Assembly (NCBI GenBank): GCA_003153505.1
Contig: PLZA01000016.1
Coordinates: 11,094-75,093, forward strand
DNA length: 64,000 bases
Direction: 5' to 3'
From: Candidatus Dormiibacterota bacterium
GTDB taxonomy: Bacteria > Chloroflexota > Dormibacteria > Aeolococcales > Aeolococcaceae
In this document: piece after piece, positions 28,628-36,069 of the stretch
How the letters are laid out: every line of letters begins with the position of its first letter
Numbering within the stretch: position 1 is the stretch's first letter
Notes under the pieces: generated by a model
Told to the model about the DNA's origin: nothing
Seen by the model: only the letters and a program-made list of their open reading frames with translations
Database searches by the model: none
Translations under genes and position numbers: made by a program

Positions 28628-30348
28628 GGTGACTTGGTGGAGATGACCACGAAGTTCTCGTCGATCTCGATCTGCGAGGCACGCAGCGGGAGATAGAAGA
28701 GCTTGAACGGCCATTCGGAGACGGTGACGCCCTGGACCTTCGCGATATTGCTTTGCACGATATGTTGTGCGTTCCCCGGGTTCCGCCCGGTCAGCTGCGC
28801 CTTCAGGGTGTTGAGATTGACTGTCGGCTGGCTGAAGTCGGTGGCCGAGCAGGCGAGGACGACCGTGCCGGTGTCGTTCGCCTGCGTCACGTCGCAGGGC
28901 GGCGTGTTGAGCCGGCCCGGCGCGAGCTCGTCCCCCGGTTTGACGAGCTTGTCGAGGTCCGCGATGACGTCATTGCGGACCGCAACCGGGTCGTAGATGG
29001 TCGCCCGGGCGGCAGCCGTGACCTGGATCGAACTCGCGGCGAACGGCGCATTGACCGCGGGGAGTTTCGGGGGGTTCGTCGAGTAGGAGATCAACTCCCC
29101 GTTGCCGCCGGGATCCTTGGCGAAGGTCTTGCCCGCAGCCCTCCCCTGAAGGTCGGTCTGGAGCTGGGACGCGAGCGCACTCTGGAGCTGGGTGATCTGA
29201 GCGTTCCAGTTCGCGACGTCCGTGGCACTTGCTGACGCGACCTGTTTGGGATCCGCGCCACCGGAGGCTGCGTTGCTGTTGGTGACGCTGATATGCGTTC
29301 CTGGGCACTGGATGGGGTCCGGGCATGGATCGCCGGGCCACAACGTGAGCGCTCCCGCGCCGACATTGCCTGACGCCGCAGCGGTTTGGTCGACATACGG
29401 CGCATTGGCGTTGTAAGGATTGCCGGCGCACGCACCAACCGGCGGTGGATTGACCGGGCCGATGCAGATCACCGTGGTCTTGGCAGGCACGTACGTGATC
29501 GACTGATCCGCGGTCTTCACGTACGAACCGACGTTGTTCGCGGGGAGTGCAAATTGGATATCGCTCGTGGCGTCGGTCGTGAACGTCAAGGTCACCTTGG
29601 CCGCGGTTGCCGGCAGCGTGGTGGTTCCCGTCGGAGTTGCCGTAAACGACTGATTGGCCGTGCTCGTGACCACCCCGGTGAGCACGTGATCAGGCTGGCT
29701 CGCGGTCGTCACATCAGGACTTCCCTGGATCGTCGAATTGACCGACAGCGGCGTCGCCGCGATGGTGATGGTGATCTTCGCCGACGGTGCCAGCGCCATG
29801 AACAGGACGATGCCGAGGACCGCGACCAGGACACCCGCGACGTAGAGGAAACGGCGGCGGTCCCAGCCGCGCGAGGGACGCGCCGGTGGGAGCTGCGTGA
29901 GGACCCGGCGCGGTTCGAGCCGGGCGGTTGCCGGGGCATGCGCGGGCGGCGTGATTGACGGTGGCGCCGGAGGAGGCGCTGGCGGCGGCTCGAGAACGGC
30001 GGCGGCGGCGAGCCCGCTCGCCCCTGCTGTCACCCCTCGGACCACGCCGGCACCGCCGACGCGTGGGCCCGCCAGCTCGATGCCGCGCTCGAAGGCGGGA
30101 ACCGAGCCGTAGACCTGGATGCCGCTCGCCCGCGCGAGCTGCTGGAGGCGTGGGTCCTCAGTGACGATCGAGGTCCGTCGGCCGGACTGATTGCTGAACT
30201 GAGCGAGAAGGCGGACGTTCAGGGGTGTCTGCAGCGCCCGGCTGGATCCGGGGACGACCAGCCCGACGTTCAGGTCCGGGGACGAGCGAACCCGGTCGAT
30301 GAGATCAGCGATCTCATCGTCGGCCTTGGCAATGACAACAGCAGACAT
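28624..30348 (-). CDS. Uncharacterised bitopic membrane protein: cytoplasmic alpha/beta domain, Pro-rich linker, one TM helix, extracytoplasmic beta-rich baseplate-J/gp47-like region
   Basis: 574-aa ORF coupled to ruvX (GTGA overlap). TM FLYVAGVLVAVLGIVLFMALA. Thr/Asn-rich external part with VTN..AASGGAD motif. Confidence 0.75.
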   Translation of the reverse strand: MSAVVIAKADDEIADLIDRVRSSPDLNVGLVVPGSSRALQTPLNVRLLAQFSNQSGRRTSIVTEDPRLQQLARASGIQVYGSVPAFERGIELAGPRVGGAGVVRGVTAGASGLAAAAVLEPPPAPPPAPPSITPPAHAPATARLEPRRVLTQLPPARPSRGWDRRRFLYVAGVLVAVLGIVLFMALAPSAKITITIAATPLSVNSTIQGSPDVTTASQPDHVLTGVVTSTANQSFTATPTGTTTLPATAAKVTLTFTTDATSDIQFALPANNVGSYVKTADQSITYVPAKTTVICIGPVNPPPVGACAGNPYNANAPYVDQTAAASGNVGAGALTLWPGDPCPDPIQCPGTHISVTNSNAASGGADPKQVASASATDVANWNAQITQLQSALASQLQTDLQGRAAGKTFAKDPGGNGELISYSTNPPKLPAVNAPFAASSIQVTAAARATIYDPVAVRNDVIADLDKLVKPGDELAPGRLNTPPCDVTQANDTGTVVLACSATDFSQPTVNLNTLKAQLTGRNPGNAQHIVQSNIAKVQGVTVSEWPFKLFYLPLRASQIEIDENFVVISTKSP

Positions 30349-30354
30349 CGGCGC

Positions 30355-31620
30355 CTATACCTTCATCGTCTTCAAAACGCGGCGCATGAGCCCGCCGAGG
30401 GGCTCGTCCGTGTCATCTTCCAGCGTCACGGCGTGGCGCGCAAGCCCCATCGGGGTCACGTCCTGGCTGCCGACGAGCAGTCCGGTGGTGTCGTAGACGC
30501 CCGTGACGTCGCCCGGACCGAGCACCTTGACCGTCGGCGGACGCGTGAACGGCACCGTATCCGACCAATCGAGGATGCGCAGTTGCTCCGCGACCTCGGG
30601 CAGCGCGGCGCCGCCTCCCGCGAGGCAGATCGAGCCCGGGAGGGGGTCCGGTCCCGCAAGCTCCTCGAGGGTCAGGGCGACACCCTGCGCCAGGACCTCG
30701 GCTGTGGGCGTGAGTGCCCTGCGAGCCATCGCGCTCTGCTCGGCGGCGAGGTGCCCCTCCGAGTGCGCCACCTTGAAGCGCTCCGCCTCGTCGAGGTCCA
30801 TCGAGAGGTCGGTGGCGAGGCGTTTTGTGAACGAACGCCCACCGAGGGCGAACATCCGGGTCGCCTCGATGCCGCCCCGGCGGACCACGGCGATGTCGGT
30901 CGTCCCGCCGCCGACGTCCACGAAGATCGCGCCCAGCTCGTTGGATTCCGCCGACGAGCAGCCGCGCGCCAGAGCGTAGGGCTCGGCGACCGTGGCGACG
31001 AGCTCGAGGTCGAGTTCCTGCGCGATCGCCTGTAATGCGCCGATATGGGTGAGCGGAGCGAACGTGTTGAACACCGTGATCTCGACGACGTGCCCCTGGA
31101 AATCCACCGGGTTGCTGACTGCGTATCCGTCGATGCGCACCGAGGTGATCGTGCTGTGGACCAGCTTGACGTTCACCTCCTGGACGCCGAGGTCGTGCGA
31201 CATCTGACGAACTGCCTCGCGGAGCGCTCGCCGTTGCACCGCCTGAAGCGCCGTGGCGAGATCCGCCTGGGTGATGCGTGCCTGGGGCTGCGGCCTCGGC
31301 ATGGTCATGGTCGTGCTGAAGCCGCGAACCTGCTCGCCGGCGATCCCGATGACCGCCTGGCCCGGGATCGTCTCGCACATGTCCTCGGCCTCGGTCAGCG
31401 CGCGGTCGCAGTTGTCGATGACCGCCTGGAGGTCGGCGACGGCGCCTGCCTGCATGTGGGTCTGCGCCTGACGGACCTTACCGACCCCGAGCACGATGCC
31501 CTTGTCGTTCTCGCGTTTCACGATCAGGGCCTTGACGAACTCGGTGCCGATGTCGAGCACGGTGTAGTGGCTCTGGAACTCCTCACGCCGCTTGAGCAGG
31601 GCGAACTTTCGCTTTCCCAT
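30355..31620 (-). CDS. FtsA-like actin-fold ATPase (no adjacent ftsZ)
   Basis: Phosphate-1 VLDIGTEFVK, phosphate-2 VDVGGGTTD, adenosine LAGGGAALP; 1C-type insert RIDGYAVSNPVDFQG; basic amphipathic C-terminus GLMRRVLKTMKV. Confidence 0.85.
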   Translation of the reverse strand: MGKRKFALLKRREEFQSHYTVLDIGTEFVKALIVKRENDKGIVLGVGKVRQAQTHMQAGAVADLQAVIDNCDRALTEAEDMCETIPGQAVIGIAGEQVRGFSTTMTMPRPQPQARITQADLATALQAVQRRALREAVRQMSHDLGVQEVNVKLVHSTITSVRIDGYAVSNPVDFQGHVVEITVFNTFAPLTHIGALQAIAQELDLELVATVAEPYALARGCSSAESNELGAIFVDVGGGTTDIAVVRRGGIEATRMFALGGRSFTKRLATDLSMDLDEAERFKVAHSEGHLAAEQSAMARRALTPTAEVLAQGVALTLEELAGPDPLPGSICLAGGGAALPEVAEQLRILDWSDTVPFTRPPTVKVLGPGDVTGVYDTTGLLVGSQDVTPMGLARHAVTLEDDTDEPLGGLMRRVLKTMKV

Positions 31621-34232
31621 CAGGCCGCGTGCCCCATGGACTCGGTGATGGTGTCGCGGAGCAGCGACACCGCGGCGTCGCGCTTGGACGGATCGCCGAC
31701 CTTGCCGCGACCGAGGTCGGGACGTCCTCCTCCCCTACCACCGGTGATCTGCGCGGCGCTGGTCACCAGGGTCCCGGCGTGGATGCCGGCTTCGAGCGCG
31801 CGCCCCCCGACCTTGACGACGAGCGTCGCAGGACCGAGCACGGCCGCGACGCCGTCACCGTGGAGCTGCTCGGCGAGGAGCCGATCGCCCGCCTGGGAAA
31901 CGCCCTCAGCGTCGATGTCACCATCGAGGAGGAGGTGCGCGAAAGGCACGCCACCCGCATCCTCGACGACGGCCGCGTCCGTCGACACGGTTGACGGCGC
32001 CGCCTGGCGAGCCTGGGTGACGTCTCGGCTGAGCTTCCTGAGCTGTTCCTGGAGGGCCGTCACCCGTTCGGGGACCTCCTCCGGACGGGTCTTCAGCGCC
32101 CGTGCCGTGGTCTGCAGGGCTGCGCCCGTGCGCCGCCAGCGCTCCTCGGCGCTCTCGCCCGAGACCATCTCGATGCGCCGGATGCCCTGGCCGATGCTGC
32201 TCTCGGAGACGAGGATCGCCGCGCCCAGGTCGCCGCTCCGGGTGACGTGCGTGCCGCCGCACAGCTCACGAGACCAGCCCCCGAAGTCGACAACGCGTAC
32301 GTCAGGCGTGTACGCCTCGTCGATCAGGGCGATCGCGCCACTAGCGCGCGCGTCGGCGAGCGGCATCAGCGCGACGGTGCGCTCGAGGTTGCGCCGGATC
32401 CCCTCGTTGACTCGATGTTCGATGTCGGCCAGCTCCTCTGGGGTGAGCGCTCTGGAAAACGAGAAGTCGAAGGTGGTGTGGTCCGGCCCCACGAACGATC
32501 CGCGCTGCACGACTCCCTCACCGAGGACCTCGCGCAATGCGCGATTGAGCAGGTGCGTTGCACTGTGATGGCGCGCGATCCGACCGCGCCGGACGGCATC
32601 GACCTGCACATGGAGCAGCTGTCCGGGACGGAGCTCACCGGCCTGCACGAGCACATCGTGCGCTCGCGTGTCGCTGCCCGCCACTGGCTGGGTGTCGCGG
32701 ACGACGCCACTGCCGCCGGCCCAGGCCAGCGTCCCGGTGTCGCCGACCTGACCGCCCGCCTCGGCATAGAACGGCGACACGTCGAGCAGCACCGGGCCGC
32801 TTTCACCGGCGCCGAGCGCCGCGACTTCGTGGTCGAGCCCGATGCGCAGCACGGTGGCATCCGTCTCCAGGGAGTCGTAGCCGATGAAGCGCGTCGGCGG
32901 CAGGGCGTCAGCTCCCGCAAAGCCGACCCGGCGTGCTGACGCCTGGCCGCGCTCTCGCTGTTCCAGCATGGCCGACTCGAATCCTTCGAGGTCGACCGTT
33001 GCCCCTCGCTCCGCTGCCATCTCGACCGTTAACTCGATTGGGAGCCCGAAGGTGTCATAGAGCCGGAATGCGTCGGCGCCTTCGATGCGAACCGGGTTGC
33101 GTGCCAGCAGCGCTCCGAGCCGCTCGGTGCCCGCATCGAGGGTTCGTGCAAACGCCTCCTCCTCGGCGCCCAGGGTCTGCTCGATCAGCCCGCGAAATTC
33201 GACGAGCTCAGGGTAGGCCGGACCCATGATGCCCACCAGGTCGCCCGTGCCGGACGCCAGGCCGCCGCTGAGAGCGACGCGGCGGGCATGCACCGCAGCG
33301 CGCCGGATCAGCCTGCGAAGGACATAGCCACGCCCCTCGTTGGCCGGCAGTACGCCCGCGGAAAGCAGGAACCCGGCCCCGCGCAGATGGTCCGCGAGCA
33401 CGTAGAAGGACCGTTCGAGGCTTGGATCGGCGGCGCCGGCGCTCGCTCGAGCCCGGAAACCGTTGACGATCGGCGCGAAGTGGTCCGTTGCATACCCGGT
33501 CCGGTCGCCCTGGACGATGGCAACGACCCGGTCGAACCCCATTCCCGTGTCGACGGTGGGGTTGGGCAGCAGCGGGCGCGATCCGTCGGCCTGCTGGTCG
33601 AACTCCATGAAGACGAGGTTCCAGAACTCCTCGAAGCGGTCGCCGCCGCATTCGTCCTGGGGCGTGCAGTCGGTCCGGCCGCAGGAGCACGCGCCTCCCC
33701 AGTCAAAGTACAGCTCGCTGTCGTACCCGCACGGGCCGGTCGGACCGGCCGCCCACCAGTTCTCGGTCAGACGCGAGATCCGCTCCCTGGGCACGCCGAT
33801 CTTCTCGACCCAGAGCCGCTCGGACTCGGTGTCGTCCGGGTAGATGCTCGGCCACAGGCGGCCGGGGTCGAGACCGAGCACGTCGGTGGAGAACTCCCAC
33901 GCGTAATCGATCGCGGTCTCCTTGAAGTAGTGGCCGATCGACCAGTTGCCCAGCATCTCGAAAAACGTGTGATGCGTCGGGTCACCGACCGAGGCCATGT
34001 CGTCATATTTCAGGCCCGCGCCGCGAAAGCACTTCTGACACGACACCAGGTCGCGCGACGGCGGCGTGCGCTGACCGGTGATCCACGGCTTCAGCGGCAC
34101 CATTCCGGCCACGGTGAAGAGAAGCGACGGATCGTCGTGGGGAATGAGCGGAAAGCTCGCGAGCCGGTAGTGCCCGCGCTCTTCGAAGAAGCGAAGAAAT
34201 CGCTCCCGGATCTCAGAGCTGAGCACGTGCAA
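31620..34232 (-). CDS. alaS: Alanine--tRNA ligase
   Basis: DPSLLFTVAGM, HHTFFEMLGN, EFWNLVF, DTGMG, FRLYDTFG, HSATHLL, ELCGGTH, GGRGGG. Confidence 0.97.
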   Translation of the reverse strand: MHVLSSEIRERFLRFFEERGHYRLASFPLIPHDDPSLLFTVAGMVPLKPWITGQRTPPSRDLVSCQKCFRGAGLKYDDMASVGDPTHHTFFEMLGNWSIGHYFKETAIDYAWEFSTDVLGLDPGRLWPSIYPDDTESERLWVEKIGVPRERISRLTENWWAAGPTGPCGYDSELYFDWGGACSCGRTDCTPQDECGGDRFEEFWNLVFMEFDQQADGSRPLLPNPTVDTGMGFDRVVAIVQGDRTGYATDHFAPIVNGFRARASAGAADPSLERSFYVLADHLRGAGFLLSAGVLPANEGRGYVLRRLIRRAAVHARRVALSGGLASGTGDLVGIMGPAYPELVEFRGLIEQTLGAEEEAFARTLDAGTERLGALLARNPVRIEGADAFRLYDTFGLPIELTVEMAAERGATVDLEGFESAMLEQRERGQASARRVGFAGADALPPTRFIGYDSLETDATVLRIGLDHEVAALGAGESGPVLLDVSPFYAEAGGQVGDTGTLAWAGGSGVVRDTQPVAGSDTRAHDVLVQAGELRPGQLLHVQVDAVRRGRIARHHSATHLLNRALREVLGEGVVQRGSFVGPDHTTFDFSFSRALTPEELADIEHRVNEGIRRNLERTVALMPLADARASGAIALIDEAYTPDVRVVDFGGWSRELCGGTHVTRSGDLGAAILVSESSIGQGIRRIEMVSGESAEERWRRTGAALQTTARALKTRPEEVPERVTALQEQLRKLSRDVTQARQAAPSTVSTDAAVVEDAGGVPFAHLLLDGDIDAEGVSQAGDRLLAEQLHGDGVAAVLGPATLVVKVGGRALEAGIHAGTLVTSAAQITGGRGGGRPDLGRGKVGDPSKRDAAVSLLRDTITESMGHAA

Positions 34233-34233
34233 A

Positions 34234-34261
34234 AGAATTCGACAGCAAGTTGTCGAATTCT
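34234..34261. terminator. 11-bp inverted repeat between the sigma gene and alaS (terminator or operator)
   Basis: AGAATTCGACA-N6-TGTCGAATTCT, followed by a short U-run on the minus strand; overlaps the sigma stop codon. Confidence 0.55.
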
Positions 34262-35078
34262 ACACGGGCGCCTCGGCCCCGAACTCCTTGCGCAGGTGCT
34301 CGACTGCCGCGCGCTGCAATCGTGAGACGTGCATTTGCGAAATACCGAGTCGTTTCGCGACTTCCGTTTGCGGCAATTGCTCGACGAAGCGCATCGCAAG
34401 GATCTTGCGTTCGCGTGGCGTGAGATGTGCCATCACCTGCTCGAGGACGTCCTGCATCTCGACCCGCTCGAGGTTGTCATCAGCGAGCCCGATGCGGTCG
34501 CCGAGAGTGAGGGGCTCGTCGCCGCCCCCGACCGGACCGTCGAGCGAGACGGTGTGCTGCGCCGGGGCGACCTCCATGGCGGCAAGGACCTGGTCGGGCT
34601 CGAGCCCCACGCGGGCTCCGATCTCCGCGACCGACGGCGACCGCCCCAGTTCGTTCTGGAGTTGCTGGGTCGCCGCGTTCACCTTGGCGAGGTTCTCCTG
34701 GAGGCGGCGGGGAACGCGCACCGCCCAGGACCGATCGCGAAAATGACGCCGGATCTCACCGGCGATGGTGGGCGTCGCGAAGGTGCTGAACTCGTTCTCG
34801 AGGGACGGGTCGAAGCGCTCGATCGCCTGGATCAGCCCGAGAAACCCGACCTGCTCGACGTCTTCGAGGGGCTCGCCCCGATTGGCGAAACGACGCGCGA
34901 TGTAGTGGACGAGATCGCTGTTGAGCTCGACGAGGCGTTCGCGGATGCGAGGGTCGCGGGTCTCGTGGAATTCCCGCAGCAGGCGCCGCATCTCGGCTCG
35001 CTCTGCCGTTTCCGCCGGCTTTGCAATGGTTCGCTCGCGGGTCGCCACACCGTCGCCGCGCCCCGGCGAGGGGGTCAC
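34260..35078 (-). CDS. SigB/SigF/SigG-family RNA polymerase sigma factor
   Basis: RGEPLEDVEQVGFLGL..AIERFDP, FSTFATPTIAGEIRRHFRDRSWAVRVPRRL, QTEVAKRLGISQMHVSRL. Confidence 0.95.
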   Translation of the reverse strand: MTPSPGRGDGVATRERTIAKPAETAERAEMRRLLREFHETRDPRIRERLVELNSDLVHYIARRFANRGEPLEDVEQVGFLGLIQAIERFDPSLENEFSTFATPTIAGEIRRHFRDRSWAVRVPRRLQENLAKVNAATQQLQNELGRSPSVAEIGARVGLEPDQVLAAMEVAPAQHTVSLDGPVGGGDEPLTLGDRIGLADDNLERVEMQDVLEQVMAHLTPRERKILAMRFVEQLPQTEVAKRLGISQMHVSRLQRAAVEHLRKEFGAEAPV

Positions 35079-35530
35079 GACGCCTTGTATTTGGTCAGCC
35101 GAACGCGCAGGCTCCCAGTTCGCTCGTCGACTCGGTAGGTGCTGTCGTCGACGAAGAGGCCCATGAGGCGGAGTGCCAGGTCCGTCGCGGCGACCAGCTC
35201 GCCCTCGTGCCCGAGTCCTGCCTGCTCCGCGCGTGCCCTGAGCTCCGCATCGCGATTCACCGTGCTCCGGACGGTGACCTCGAGGCCGGTATCGCTCATC
35301 TTGAAGACGATCCGGACCTGGCCCGCGATCGAGCCCGAGTGCTCGAGGCAGCGTATGGCGTTCTCACAGGCCTGCGCCACTGCGATCGTGAGGTCATCGA
35401 TGGCATCCATGTCGAACCCGGCAAGCGATCCGAATGCTCCCGCTGCCCGTTTGGCGACCAGGACATGCTCGCGATCAGCGGGGAGACGGAGCTCGGAGAC
35501 AGTTCCCATGGCGGTGTTTACGTACCCCAC
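35075..35530 (-). CDS. RsbW/SpoIIAB-like anti-sigma factor (degenerate HATPase_c_2)
   Basis: LRLPADREHV...GFDMDAIDDLTIAVAQACENAI; LM..FVDD..Y; coupled to the sigma gene. Confidence 0.8.
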   Translation of the reverse strand: MGYVNTAMGTVSELRLPADREHVLVAKRAAGAFGSLAGFDMDAIDDLTIAVAQACENAIRCLEHSGSIAGQVRIVFKMSDTGLEVTVRSTVNRDAELRARAEQAGLGHEGELVAATDLALRLMGLFVDDSTYRVDERTGSLRVRLTKYKAS

Positions 35531-35566
35531 TGCGCGAGCCCCGAAACAGCCCCAGGGCCTGAGACC

Positions 35567-35773
35567 TCAGGCGCTCGACGGCTCAGAGGAGGAACCCGAG
35601 GGAGCAGCTGCCGCAGCGGCACGGCCTTCATCCACGGCTCCGGCGATCTCGGCCTCCCATTCGCGAGCCTCCGCCTCCTCGCGACGGCGAGCGCGGACGC
35701 GCCAGAAAAAAACAGCGCCGGTGATGGCGGCGCCTGTTGCCACCAGCCCTTTCTTACCGAACGGTACGCGCAT
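35567..35773 (-). CDS. Small single-TM hypothetical protein (68 aa)
   Basis: ATG 35773; hydrophobic stretch followed by RVRARRREE charged helix. Confidence 0.55.
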   Translation of the reverse strand: MRVPFGKKGLVATGAAITGAVFFWRVRARRREEAEAREWEAEIAGAVDEGRAAAAAAPSGSSSEPSSA

Positions 35774-35805
35774 TCCACGAGCCTCCCGAATTGCCGACTC
35801 GGTGA

Positions 35806-36069
35806 TTATGGCCCTCGGCGGCGCGTCGGCGCGAGCACCGCGCCGGTCACCTCGAAGAGCACCACGCCCACCGCGTCGGCGACCGGATGGAGCGCACCGA
35901 GCTGCGGGCCGCCCACCCGGGTGGCGATGGCCAGGAGCTCGCCGGCGACAAGGCCTGCCGCCGCCAGCAGCAGGGTGAGGAGAAACAATCCACGCCGGGG
36001 CATCACCAGCGCTGAGAGCGTGGTGCCGATGGCCACGAAGAGAACGGCGAGGCCGAGCCCCGGGCTCAC
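35806..36069 (-). CDS. Small multi-TM hypothetical protein (87 aa)
   Basis: GTG overlaps the aspS stop; three hydrophobic segments. Confidence 0.6.
   Translation of the reverse strand: MSPGLGLAVLFVAIGTTLSALVMPRRGLFLLTLLLAAAGLVAGELLAIATRVGGPQLGALHPVADAVGVVLFEVTGAVLAPTRRRGP

Noticed and set aside
28624-30348. Prophage or tailocin interpretation of the baseplate-J-like gene
   Set aside because: No tail, sheath, capsid or lysis genes are nearby; the protein has a TM anchor and sits in a housekeeping operon.
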